Below, piece after piece: positions 19,945 to 29,490 of a stretch of 64,000 nucleotides of DNA (positions are counted from its first letter, which is position 1; each line of letters starts with the position of its first letter). The notes under the pieces are model-generated. The model searched no databases, was not told where the DNA came from, and saw only the letters and a program-made list of their open reading frames with translations. The position numbers were made by a program, and so were the translations under genes. Origin of the DNA: Bacillales bacterium UBA1188 (lineage in GTDB: Bacteria; Bacillota_I; Bacilli_A; Izemoplasmatales; UBA1188); contig DBYK01000001.1 of assembly GCA_002310135.1 (NCBI GenBank), forward strand, positions 244,397 through 308,396, in the 5' to 3' direction.

Positions 19945-20751
19945 TTAATATATTTTTGAATAATAAAGATATAAAGAATATAATTTTTTCTTAAATTTAT
20001 CATTATTTATATTTATATGTGAATTATTCTTAAAATCATTTAATAAATTAATTATTTCATTATATGATTTTTTATATGTGTTTGGAATATATGAATATTT
20101 ACCATTAATATCATCTATTAGATTTAATCCATCATAATCACATCTTTTTTCTTTATTTTCTAATAAATCAAACATACCTTCTATAAAATCATCAATATAT
20201 AGATATTCTTTTTTAAGATCTCTATCTTTTATTTCATATTCTATATCATTTGCTACAGTATAACAGATAGTGCTTAAAGTAGAATTTGAAAATGGTTTAG
20301 CTTTACTCATCACATTAGGAAGTCTATATATTGATACTTTTGTGTTAAATTCTATGCTATAACTAAATAATAAATCTTCTCCCATCTTCTTACTTCTTCC
20401 ATAATCATTATCATACCAGTGAATAAGGGATGCTTGAATGGTAGATGCATACATTATAGGAGATTTATTATTATGTTTTTTAAGTGATTCTATTAAAGTT
20501 TTAGTAAAGAGATAATTAGAATTATAATATTCTTCTTTGTTAGTTGGTTTGAATACTCCAACTAAGTTGAAGATGAAATCAGCTTTAGATGAATATAAAT
20601 CTAAATCTTTTTCATCTCCTTTATCATATTCAAATATATCATCTATTTTTATATTAGGTCTTGATTTATTTATACCTTCTTTTATTTCTTTTAATCTCTT
20701 AACAAGCTCTAGTCCTATAGTACCTTTTGCGCCTGTGACTAATATATTCAT
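19945..20751 (-). CDS. CapF-like short-chain dehydrogenase/reductase (N-terminal SDR domain only)
   Basis: The sequence parallels the SDR half of staphylococcal CapF: MNILVTGAKGTIG, ADFIFNLVGV, MYASTIQA, YGRSKK, IYRLPNV, STICY. At 268 aa it lacks the C-terminal cupin half. Confidence 0.65.
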   Translation of the reverse strand: MNILVTGAKGTIGLELVKRLKEIKEGINKSRPNIKIDDIFEYDKGDEKDLDLYSSKADFIFNLVGVFKPTNKEEYYNSNYLFTKTLIESLKKHNNKSPIMYASTIQASLIHWYDNDYGRSKKMGEDLLFSYSIEFNTKVSIYRLPNVMSKAKPFSNSTLSTICYTVANDIEYEIKDRDLKKEYLYIDDFIEGMFDLLENKEKRCDYDGLNLIDDINGKYSYIPNTYKKSYNEIINLLNDFKNNSHININNDKFKKKLYSLYLYYSKIY

Positions 20752-20969
20752 TCTTAACTCCGTTCTTATTTAATAATTATCTTAGAGTTAGTTGTCTTTT
20801 AGTATTTAATAATATCTTTATAAAAATATATAATAATGTTTTAATAATTAAAAAAACAATATTTTTTGATGTATTATAAATATAAAATACGTCTTTTGTT
20901 TGTTTTAAATGTGAAAAATATAATTAAAAAATCAATATTTACAAAGAAAGATATTGAAAAAACATAATA

Positions 20970-21773
20970 TCATTGTATCATTATATTGCAAGATATCTTG
21001 TAAAATGCGACTTGTGAAAGACCGTCGGATGAAATAAAGCCGTTTGGATTCGATTTACCCAAGTGTAAAATTGATATTTGATTAAAGGCATATTTACGTA
21101 TGCTTTTTTCTATATTGCAAATATAGTTCTTCTTTTTAATATATGATTCAATAGAGCCTAAAGACAACATAATTAATTGTTTTAAATCATCTAATTTTAT
21201 ATCTTTATGTTTATTTTTATAATGTGCAAAATCATTTCCAATCCAAGATGCTTTTAATAATAGTTGTTTTGTTTCCTCATCAGGAGAATAACAATTGACA
21301 CATTGGGATAAAGTCATATTGGATATTTTCTCAGCGTCATTAGGATTATATTTGATTGCAAAATCCTTGATTAAAAATTCAAACGCTCTTCTATAACCAA
21401 CTCCTATAATCTCTTTACATCCTGCTTGTTCGGCTATATATGTATCATTATAAATATCGACAAATCTTTTGCTGACTTCTTTAATTTCATCAGAAAAATT
21501 CTTAGTTTGATTATTGCCAATTACCCTAAAAGGATGCAATATTTCATCATTAATTGTTTCATAATAAGAATCTGAACCTATTTCATAAAATGCAAAAATT
21601 AAGTCATCACATATAGGGCATTGATATGTGACTATAATACGATTTATATCATTGTATTTATAAATAAATTTATTTATTGTCTTAGGATCAATACCACACT
21701 TACATATAGAACAAGTATTTGGTTTAATAACTAAAAACGAGTTATTATTAACTTTAATTTTTTCTTTATTCAT
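20970..21773 (-). CDS. Zinc-ribbon + DUF4145-domain protein (defence-associated family)
   Basis: The N-terminus has CSICKC...CPICD (four Cys, zinc-ribbon-like). The C-terminal half has YRRAFEFLIKDF...ASWIGNDFAHY, which resembles the DUF4145 pattern (R..lE.l.kd ... GN..aH). Confidence 0.6.
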   Translation of the reverse strand: MNKEKIKVNNNSFLVIKPNTCSICKCGIDPKTINKFIYKYNDINRIIVTYQCPICDDLIFAFYEIGSDSYYETINDEILHPFRVIGNNQTKNFSDEIKEVSKRFVDIYNDTYIAEQAGCKEIIGVGYRRAFEFLIKDFAIKYNPNDAEKISNMTLSQCVNCYSPDEETKQLLLKASWIGNDFAHYKNKHKDIKLDDLKQLIMLSLGSIESYIKKKNYICNIEKSIRKYAFNQISILHLGKSNPNGFISSDGLSQVAFYKISCNIMIQ

Positions 21774-22027
21774 AAAAATTCTCCATTATAACTAATGATT
21801 TTATTTTTAGATATTAATTCTCGACTGTAAAGTAAAAACATTAGCATAATCAATAATTGTCATTTCTTATTATTGATTATACGTAAAACCTTTTTTGGAG
21901 CAAAAATAATTATGTTAAAAGAATCACTATCTGTAATTGCATTATAACATACATATGTTTCTTTATTAATAAAACTGCATAAATAAAATAACTACATTAT
22001 TGGAAAATTAAGCGTCAATAAAAATAT

Positions 22028-22053
22028 AATACCCTGATATATGTCAGGGTATT
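22028..22053 (-). terminator. Rho-independent terminator after the cyclase/effector genes
   Basis: 10-bp perfect stem AATACCCTGA/TCAGGGTATT with a 6-nt loop. A T-rich tail follows on the minus strand, about 70 nt after the stop at 22125. Confidence 0.7.
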
Positions 22054-22124
22054 ATTGGGCTATTTGTTTTTTAAGGTAGATAGTTGTATATACCTACAAA
22101 CTAACTTTCATTTTAAAGAACCAT

Positions 22125-22658
22125 TTAAAACACAAATACTACAAATATAATCATACACAATGTAAAGAAACCAAAACCAATAAGTGAATAAAAACCTGCT
22201 TCTAATAATTTGTGCTTTTCCTTGCAAATTTTATCATTAATAATTATTTGTTCAATAATGTCATCATCACTGTTGCTAAAAGAATCAAATTCTTTTTTAA
22301 AATCATCTTCACTCAAATTTGCATCAGCAACATCATAATAGTAGTTAATATTCAATTTATTATTTATGTAATTATCTCCATTATTCCTTTTCCTAGGGAA
22401 AATAACCAAAATAAATAATATCAGGGTTACAACTACAGAAATAATATATAAAATAAAAGAAATCTTGCATATTATTTTTGTGAATTCGTTAGAATGAATA
22501 ATAAAATTATATGAATCAAAGATGTTAAAATAATTAGACATTAGGGCAAACAAAACACCAACAATAGCTAAAAGTATCCCAGCTTTTTGATCAAATGATG
22601 CAATTTGGTTTTTTGTGTCTAATAAAAAACCATTTAAAATTTCTTTTCTATTGTCCAT
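22125..22658 (-). CDS. Pycsar-type transmembrane effector (PycTM-like)
   Basis: 177 aa. N-terminal LLDTKNQIASFDQKAGILLAIVGVLFAL resembles the Pycsar-effector (former DUF5706) signature. There are three hydrophobic helices in total. The gene starts 2 nt after the cyclase stop. Confidence 0.6.
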   Translation of the reverse strand: MDNRKEILNGFLLDTKNQIASFDQKAGILLAIVGVLFALMSNYFNIFDSYNFIIHSNEFTKIICKISFILYIISVVVTLILFILVIFPRKRNNGDNYINNKLNINYYYDVADANLSEDDFKKEFDSFSNSDDDIIEQIIINDKICKEKHKLLEAGFYSLIGFGFFTLCMIIFVVFVF

Positions 22659-22660
22659 AT

Positions 22661-23404
22661 TTAATCCTTCATTCCATTTTCAATCCAATTGTTGAATTCA
22701 GTATATATTAAATCAAAAGAATAAATATAGTCTCCCATGTATAATTTTTTTTTAGTAACATAATCGGAATAACAATACTTTTCATTAACTTTAACATCTT
22801 TTATATTATAATAGAAAGTTCCATCCATTATAATTGGTGAATTATTACTTCTGCTTCCCTCTGATGACAAATTTGATGCATTTACGACTGCAGAACCGAT
22901 CCAAATATTATCATTTATCCCAGTTCCTTTTTTACCTGCTTTAATAACCAAATCTTCAGATGCTCCTAATCCAATGCCAATCTTAAATGTTGGAAAATGT
23001 TTTTGTTCTAACACCTTATTAAACATTTTTTGAAATGTGTTAATTAGCACTGCATTATCTAAAATCCTTTCCAAATCTTCTTTATTAGGGGCTGAATAAA
23101 TTGCATATACACAATCACCTCTTATTCCAATTTGTCTATAATTTTTGTCGCTTTCTAAAATTCCAATTATTTCACTAGAAAATGCTCTCATTATACGTGC
23201 GACTTTTTCTTCTTCCCCACTTTTAAATAAGGATGATGAATCAACTATGTCGACAAAAATAGCACCGACCCAACTTCTTATTCCATTTTTAAAATTTAAA
23301 TCGTCTTCATTTTTAGGTATGGTATCACAATTTTCAATTTTTGTCTTAGAATCCAAAATATCAAGAATTCTTTTTCTTGATTCTTTATACATAAAATCAC
23401 TCAT
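22661..23404 (-). CDS. Class III nucleotidyl cyclase, Pycsar PycC-like
   Basis: 247 aa with cyclase-homology blocks: GAIFVDIVDSSSLF (metal Asp), GIRGDCVYAIY, and FKIGIGLG...DNIWIGSAVVNASNLSS. AAAGGAG RBS. Confidence 0.65.
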   Translation of the reverse strand: MSDFMYKESRKRILDILDSKTKIENCDTIPKNEDDLNFKNGIRSWVGAIFVDIVDSSSLFKSGEEEKVARIMRAFSSEIIGILESDKNYRQIGIRGDCVYAIYSAPNKEDLERILDNAVLINTFQKMFNKVLEQKHFPTFKIGIGLGASEDLVIKAGKKGTGINDNIWIGSAVVNASNLSSEGSRSNNSPIIMDGTFYYNIKDVKVNEKYCYSDYVTKKKLYMGDYIYSFDLIYTEFNNWIENGMKD

Positions 23405-23449
23405 ATTGTTTTTGCTCCTTTATGTTATATTTCTTAAATGTTGTTAACT

Positions 23450-24589
23450 TCATTCTAAATCATTAGTACTTATTCTTTCTATTAATAGTCTATTTTCTAG
23501 TTGAATTTTAGTAATGAATGAATTTGCCTCTTTTATTCCCAAAGAATCTGTTACATAATGCCTTAGAAGAGCAAAAATTTTATCATAATAATCTTGTTCA
23601 TTTTTTAAATTTTCTTCTTCACTACTGCCATAATCCGAAAATATAAAAATTAATTTTATGTTATTGTTATATATATCATAATAATTGAATAGTGAATAAA
23701 AGTATGAATAATCTTGTTCCCCCAATGAGTGACCAAAGAAAACAATATCATTTATATCGTTTTTAGGAGGAATATTAATCATTTTTTCGTGATTGTTAAT
23801 CTTTCGCCATGCCTTTGAAAATCTAAATAACTTATCATTATTACTCTCTGACTTAACATCATTACAATCAATTCCTATAATGATATTATTTTGCTCTAAA
23901 TTTCCATGAACTAACATAATGCTATCAGAATCTACAACATCTTTACTAAAAGGATTTGTATAATTAAAACTAACAATAAACAAACTACTGTTCAATACTT
24001 CATTAATTTTGTTTTCAATTTTTGCTATTAAACTATTTGCATTTGTGATGTATTTATTCTTTATTTTAATTTCTTCAGTTAGATAACTTGAAAAATCTTT
24101 TTCCATTTCTTTTAGTTCTCGAAATAATAATGATTCTACATCAAGTCCTTCATAAATATTATAATTTGCTTTTTTTAAATAAGATTGTACATAATAATTT
24201 ATATCGTATAAAAAGGAATCTGAATTATTTTTTGGAAATGAAAATGGACCAATATATAGAGGTCGAGTACTAAAATTATAAAAAAAATCTTCTATAGATT
24301 TAATTTTATTTTGCAATATTTCTTTAATAAAATATTCTATGTTCATCCAGTTATTTTCATTAGACACATTTATATTTCGAAAAAAATCAATATTAGTTCT
24401 AAAACCATAGTGAAGTAGTATATACCATATATTCTTTCTAATAAAAGTATGGTCATTTTTTTGATTATAGTGGTCTATAAAATCGCTGTATCTGCTTTTT
24501 AGTTTACATGCTAGGTCAAAGCCATTGCCTATCACTAGAATTGTATTTGGTTTTTCTGGCTTTTTGGATCCTATATCTTTGTTTATCAT
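23450..24589 (-). CDS. AbiH-family abortive-infection protein
   Basis: The N-terminal ILVIGNGFDLACKLKSRYSDF block and the later FFGHSLGEQDYSYF block match the two signature regions of AbiH (Pfam AbiH family). Confidence 0.75.
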   Translation of the reverse strand: MINKDIGSKKPEKPNTILVIGNGFDLACKLKSRYSDFIDHYNQKNDHTFIRKNIWYILLHYGFRTNIDFFRNINVSNENNWMNIEYFIKEILQNKIKSIEDFFYNFSTRPLYIGPFSFPKNNSDSFLYDINYYVQSYLKKANYNIYEGLDVESLLFRELKEMEKDFSSYLTEEIKIKNKYITNANSLIAKIENKINEVLNSSLFIVSFNYTNPFSKDVVDSDSIMLVHGNLEQNNIIIGIDCNDVKSESNNDKLFRFSKAWRKINNHEKMINIPPKNDINDIVFFGHSLGEQDYSYFYSLFNYYDIYNNNIKLIFIFSDYGSSEEENLKNEQDYYDKIFALLRHYVTDSLGIKEANSFITKIQLENRLLIERISTNDLE

Positions 24590-24809
24590 TGTTTCTTTCC
24601 TTGTATAATGTAATGTTTTTAGTGCTATTAGAAATAATATGACTTAAGTTTTATATAAATAATATGTGAAGCAAACATAAGTTTTTGTAAAAATCTTTAT
24701 ATTTTATGATTTAATCACTTATAACTTAAACAAATTCACTATCTCTTCTCATAATTTTTATGAAAATATTTTTTTGTATTTGTTATTTTCTAATTATTTA
24801 TTGTATAAG

Positions 24810-25931
24810 TTAGTTCTCCCATTCTTCATATTCTTTTTCTTCTAGAATATCAGCAATCCTTTCACAGGCATGGCCATCACCATAAGGGTTTATAGCTTTA
24901 GCCATTTTATTATAGTATTCTTTGTTATTTAATAATTCACTAAATTCTTTATATATTACTTCTTCACTAGTACCCACTAATTTTAATGTACCAGCTTCTA
25001 CTCCTTCAGGTCTTTCAGTAGTGTCTCTCATAACAAGAACAGGCACACCATATGCTGGTGCTTCTTCTTGTATTCCACCACTATCAGTAAGTATTAGATA
25101 ACTTCTTGCCTCAAAATTATGACAATCAAATACTTCTATTGGTTCTATTATATGAATCCTATCACAATCACCTAATTCTTCATCAGCTGCTTTTCTAACT
25201 AATGGATTCATATGTATAGGGTATACAGCTTTTAAATCTTTATGTTCATCTAATACTCTTCTTATTGCCCTAAACATATTATGCATAGGTTCACCTAAGT
25301 TTTCTCTTCTATGAGCAGTTATAAAGATTAATTTATTACTACCAACCCAATCTAATTCAGAATGATGATAATCATCAACAACTGTATGTTTCATAGCATC
25401 TATTACAGTATTACCAGTTACATAAATAGATTTAGGGTCTTTTCCTTCGTTTAAAAGATTTTGTTTAGCAAGTTTTGTAGGAGCGAAATTGTATTTCGCT
25501 ATTAAACCAATCCCTTGTCTATTAAATTCTTCAGGGAATGGAGAATATATATTATAAGTTCTAAGGCCTGCTTCAACATGGCCAATAGGTATTTGCATAT
25601 AGTAGCATGCAAGTGCAGTAACAAATGCAGTAGATGTATCACCATGAACTAACACTAAATCTGGTTTAATCTCTTCCATTGTCACTTGTATTTTATTTAA
25701 TATATTTGTGGTTATATCAAAAAGAGACTGACCAGGTTTCATTATCTCAAGATCATAATCTGGATATTCGTTGAAGACATCAAACACTTGATCAAGCATC
25801 TCGCGATGCTGACCAGTAGAAAGTAATATCACTTCCAAGCTATCTCTTTTTTTAAATTCTTTAACAAGTGGCATCAACTTTATACAATCAGGACGACAAC
25901 CTACTGTTAGTACTATTTTCTTTTTTATCAT
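24810..25931 (-). CDS. wecB: UDP-N-acetylglucosamine 2-epimerase (non-hydrolysing)
   Basis: 373 aa. GCRPDCIKL, STGQHREMLDQV, VHGDTSTAF, HVEAGLRT and TDSGGIQEEAP blocks. Confidence 0.9.
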   Translation of the reverse strand: MIKKKIVLTVGCRPDCIKLMPLVKEFKKRDSLEVILLSTGQHREMLDQVFDVFNEYPDYDLEIMKPGQSLFDITTNILNKIQVTMEEIKPDLVLVHGDTSTAFVTALACYYMQIPIGHVEAGLRTYNIYSPFPEEFNRQGIGLIAKYNFAPTKLAKQNLLNEGKDPKSIYVTGNTVIDAMKHTVVDDYHHSELDWVGSNKLIFITAHRRENLGEPMHNMFRAIRRVLDEHKDLKAVYPIHMNPLVRKAADEELGDCDRIHIIEPIEVFDCHNFEARSYLILTDSGGIQEEAPAYGVPVLVMRDTTERPEGVEAGTLKLVGTSEEVIYKEFSELLNNKEYYNKMAKAINPYGDGHACERIADILEEKEYEEWEN

Positions 25932-25934
25932 TGT

Positions 25935-27158
25935 TTAATCTCTTCTAAATATATCTCTTGTATATACCTTATCTATCACATCTTCTAGACATATATCATA
26001 TCTATTAGCTATTATCGCATTTGATTGTTTTTTAAATTCATCTAAATTATTTACTACTTTTGAGCCAAAGAATAATTCACCATCTTTAAGTGATGGTTCA
26101 TATACAATAACTTTAGCACCTTTTGCTTTAATTCTTTTCATTACACCTTGGATAGAAGATTGACGGAAGTTATCACTATTAGATTTCATTGTTAATCTAT
26201 AAACACCAATAACAACTTCTTTTTCTCTCTTTATATCCCAAGAAGCACTTGCCGTATAATATCCAGCAAGTTCTAATACTCTATCAGCAATATAATCTTT
26301 TCTAGTTCTATTAGATTCAACTATTGCTGATATTAAATTTTCAGGAACTCTATCAAAATTAGCTTTTAATTGTTTTGTATCTTTTGGAAGGCAGTATCCA
26401 CCATATCCAAAAGATGGATTATTGTAATGGGTTCCAATTCTAGGATCTAAACAGATCCCTTCAATAATTGCTTTTGTATCCAGCCCTTTTGACTCAGCAT
26501 AAGTATCAAGTTCATTAAAATATGATACACGTAATGCAAGATATGTATTAGCAAATAGTTTAACAGCTTCTGCTTCAGTTGTACCCATTAATAAAACAGG
26601 TACATCTTTTTTAAGCGAACAACTCTTTAATAATTGAGCAAATTCTTTTGCTTTTTCTTCTTGTTCTTTATCACACCCAACTATAATTCTACTTGGATAT
26701 AAATTATCTTCTAATGCTTTACTTTCTCTTAGAAATTCAGGAGAGAAGATAATATTATTGGTATTAAATTTTTCTTTAATAGTTTTTGTGTATCCAACTG
26801 GAATAGTTGATTTGATAACCATCATTGCATCTTTATTAACTGATAGAACAAGTTCGATAACTTGTTCAACTAAAGATGTATCAAAGAAATTCTTTACAGG
26901 ATCATAATTTGTTGGAGCAGCAATAATAACGAAACTAGTATCTTTATATGCTGATGCTCCATCTAGTGTTGCAGTTAAATTAAGATCTTTTTCTTTAAAA
27001 TACTTTTCAATATAGTTGTCTTGAATTGGACTAATTCTTTTGTTTACTTTTTCTACTTTTTCTGAAATGACATCAACAAGAACAACTTCATTCTCTTGAG
27101 AAAGAAGTGTAGCAATTGATAATCCTACATAACCAGCTCCAGCTACTGAAATTTTCAT
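25935..27158 (-). CDS. ugd: UDP-glucose 6-dehydrogenase
   Basis: 407 aa, near-collinear with streptococcal HasB-type enzymes. Blocks: [45 protein letters not shown]. Confidence 0.9.
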   Translation of the reverse strand: MKISVAGAGYVGLSIATLLSQENEVVLVDVISEKVEKVNKRISPIQDNYIEKYFKEKDLNLTATLDGASAYKDTSFVIIAAPTNYDPVKNFFDTSLVEQVIELVLSVNKDAMMVIKSTIPVGYTKTIKEKFNTNNIIFSPEFLRESKALEDNLYPSRIIVGCDKEQEEKAKEFAQLLKSCSLKKDVPVLLMGTTEAEAVKLFANTYLALRVSYFNELDTYAESKGLDTKAIIEGICLDPRIGTHYNNPSFGYGGYCLPKDTKQLKANFDRVPENLISAIVESNRTRKDYIADRVLELAGYYTASASWDIKREKEVVIGVYRLTMKSNSDNFRQSSIQGVMKRIKAKGAKVIVYEPSLKDGELFFGSKVVNNLDEFKKQSNAIIANRYDICLEDVIDKVYTRDIFRRD

Positions 27159-27160
27159 AA

Positions 27161-28201
27161 TTATTTACTTCCTTTCATATAATAATCATAGTACCATTCA
27201 GCAAATTTTCTTAAGCCTTCTCTTAAACTAGTTTTTGGTTTAAAACCAAAATCTTTTTCAAGTTCACTTGTATCTGCATAAGTAATTGGAACATCGCCTG
27301 GTTGCATTGGAACCAATTTCTTATGAGATTCAAAATCAAAATCAGGAGGTAAGATTTTTGCTCTTACTAATTCTTCTGATAATATTTGTACAAAATCTAA
27401 TAAATTTTCAGGGTTGTTATTACCTATATTGTAGATTTTATATGGTGGTATTGGCAATCCATCTTCGCCAGTTTTCTTTTCTGGTGCTTTACTCATTACC
27501 TTAATAACACCATCTACAATATCGTCTATATAAGTAAAATCTCTTTTACAATTTCCATAGTTAAATATTTCAATTGTTTCACCCTTTAATAACTTATTTG
27601 TAAAACCAAAATAAGCCATATCAGGTCTTCCCATAGGACCATATACAGTAAAGAATCTAAGACCCGTTGTTGGAATATTATATAGTTTACTATATGCATG
27701 GGCAAGGAGTTCATTAGACTTCTTTGTTGCAGCATATAGACTAACTGGGTTATCTACTTTATCATCAGTTGAGAATGGCACTTTCTTATTTCCGCCATAT
27801 ATTGATGATGATGAAGCATATACTAAATGTTCAACAGGATAATGCCTACACGCTTCTAAAATGTTATAAAAACCAATTAAGTTTGATTGAACATATGCAT
27901 CTGGGTTAATTATTGAATAGCGTACTCCTGCTTGAGCAGCTAGATTAACAACAATATTAGGGTGATATTTTTCAAAAATATCTTTTACTAAAGAAGAATC
28001 TGATAAATCTCCTTTAATAAAGATATAGTTGTCGTTCATAGAGTTCTTCAATCTTTCTTCTTTTAGTTTCACATCATAGTAGGAATTAAGATTATCAAGT
28101 CCTATAATCTTATTATTGTTCATCTTTAATATTTTATTAGTAAGAGCTGCACCAATAAAGCCTGCAGAGCCTGTTATTAAAATAGTCTTTTTATTGAACA
28201 T
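27161..28201 (-). CDS. UDP-glucuronate 4-epimerase-type NAD-dependent epimerase
   Basis: [35 protein letters not shown] and RFFTVYGP blocks are typical of the CapI/LpsL-type GlcA epimerases. Confidence 0.8.
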   Translation of the reverse strand: MFNKKTILITGSAGFIGAALTNKILKMNNNKIIGLDNLNSYYDVKLKEERLKNSMNDNYIFIKGDLSDSSLVKDIFEKYHPNIVVNLAAQAGVRYSIINPDAYVQSNLIGFYNILEACRHYPVEHLVYASSSSIYGGNKKVPFSTDDKVDNPVSLYAATKKSNELLAHAYSKLYNIPTTGLRFFTVYGPMGRPDMAYFGFTNKLLKGETIEIFNYGNCKRDFTYIDDIVDGVIKVMSKAPEKKTGEDGLPIPPYKIYNIGNNNPENLLDFVQILSEELVRAKILPPDFDFESHKKLVPMQPGDVPITYADTSELEKDFGFKPKTSLREGLRKFAEWYYDYYMKGSK

Positions 28202-28294
28202 ACGAATACCTTCTTTTTATAATATATAGTCAACATGTCATTTGTGCTTGATAACTATAATATTGCATTTAAACAACTACTATGTTTTGATCAG

Positions 28295-28825
28295 CTACAA
28301 GTCAAATCCTATGCCACCATTTTTCATTTTTTCAAACTCTTCTTGACGTTCTTTTTTTGTTTTTTTAGTAACGAATGTATCAAATTTAGGTGCTATATTA
28401 AATAACTCATAGTTTTTTTGCATATAATCTGTGTAGGTTCCTATCACACGACAGGGGTTACCAACAACAACAGAATCACTAGATATATCTTTTGCAACAA
28501 CAGAACCGGCTCCTATAATTACATTTGAACCAATTTTTACATTTGGTAATATTATGGCACCTGAACCAATAAATACATTTGAACCAATTTCTACTCTCCC
28601 TATTTTAGAATATCCAAGAGTCTTTTTTGTAGAGGCATCATGTAAAAGAATTCTAGATGCTGTAGCTAATGTCACATTATCTCCTACAGTAAGCAAAAAA
28701 CAGTGGCCTTCGTCGATAATACCATAATTATGAAAATTGTATCCAATTCTAGCACCTAATTTAACTAATTCTTTTTTAGAAAGAGGCGAAAAACCGCCCA
28801 GCAACCTTTTAATTTTTCTAAACAT
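28295..28825 (-). CDS. Hexapeptide-repeat O-acetyltransferase (maltose/galactoside acetyltransferase-like)
   Basis: Left-handed beta-helix repeats: IGSNVFIGSGAIILPNVKIGSNVIIGAGSVV. Confidence 0.75.
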   Translation of the reverse strand: MFRKIKRLLGGFSPLSKKELVKLGARIGYNFHNYGIIDEGHCFLLTVGDNVTLATASRILLHDASTKKTLGYSKIGRVEIGSNVFIGSGAIILPNVKIGSNVIIGAGSVVAKDISSDSVVVGNPCRVIGTYTDYMQKNYELFNIAPKFDTFVTKKTKKERQEEFEKMKNGGIGFDL

Positions 28826-28947
28826 ATTGTCGCTTCCTCCATTATCATCACATTCTTTAAAACATATTCAAATAATTGATTCTCAAAACCAATACTAATA
28901 GTTATTTTATGCCAAACACAACCAAGTCCTTTTATTATATTAAATAA

Positions 28948-29490
28948 TTACTTTAACCCTTTATCTTTAAGATAATTATCAAAAGCTTTTTCTAAATACT
29001 TTTTTTTATCATTAAAGGAATAATTTAGTATATGAGAAAAATTATTTGCGTTTTTTTCTTTATATTCTCTTATAGTACATATTTTTTTTGCTGGAATTCC
29101 TGCCCAAACTTCATTATTGGGAATGTTTTTTGTAACTACACTTCCAGCACCAATAATTACATTTTGCCCTATCTCAACGCCAGGAAGAATTATGCTATTC
29201 GCACCTATAAAGGTGTTTTCTCTAACAATAATTGGGGCATAAATGCAAACATTTGGGTCCTCTTTTCTAAGTACATATGTCGCACCATCATGTGTTATAA
29301 AACTAACACCAAAACTAATACGAACATTATCACAAATGTAAATCAAATAGGGCTCTGAACTAACACTAATTTCCGTTCCGATAAATGAACAATTATTACC
29401 TATATTTACACCTAAATTCCGATAGTACAATGATCCACTTGGATCTTTTTTCCACAAGTACCAATCCTTAATTTTTTTTAAAAAACTCAT
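28948..29490 (-). CDS. Hexapeptide-repeat acetyltransferase
   Basis: Repeats FIGANSIILPGVEIGQNVIIGAGSVVTKNIP. ATGA overlap with the wzx stop. Confidence 0.75.
   Translation of the reverse strand: MSFLKKIKDWYLWKKDPSGSLYYRNLGVNIGNNCSFIGTEISVSSEPYLIYICDNVRISFGVSFITHDGATYVLRKEDPNVCIYAPIIVRENTFIGANSIILPGVEIGQNVIIGAGSVVTKNIPNNEVWAGIPAKKICTIREYKEKNANNFSHILNYSFNDKKKYLEKAFDNYLKDKGLK

Noticed and set aside
21020-21065. A relatively GC-rich tail of the DUF4145 ORF contains GGATTCGATTT, reminiscent of a tRNA T-loop and therefore a possible att-site remnant.
   Set aside because: No acceptor stem or T-stem pairing can be drawn, and no matching repeat was found at the other side of the islet.
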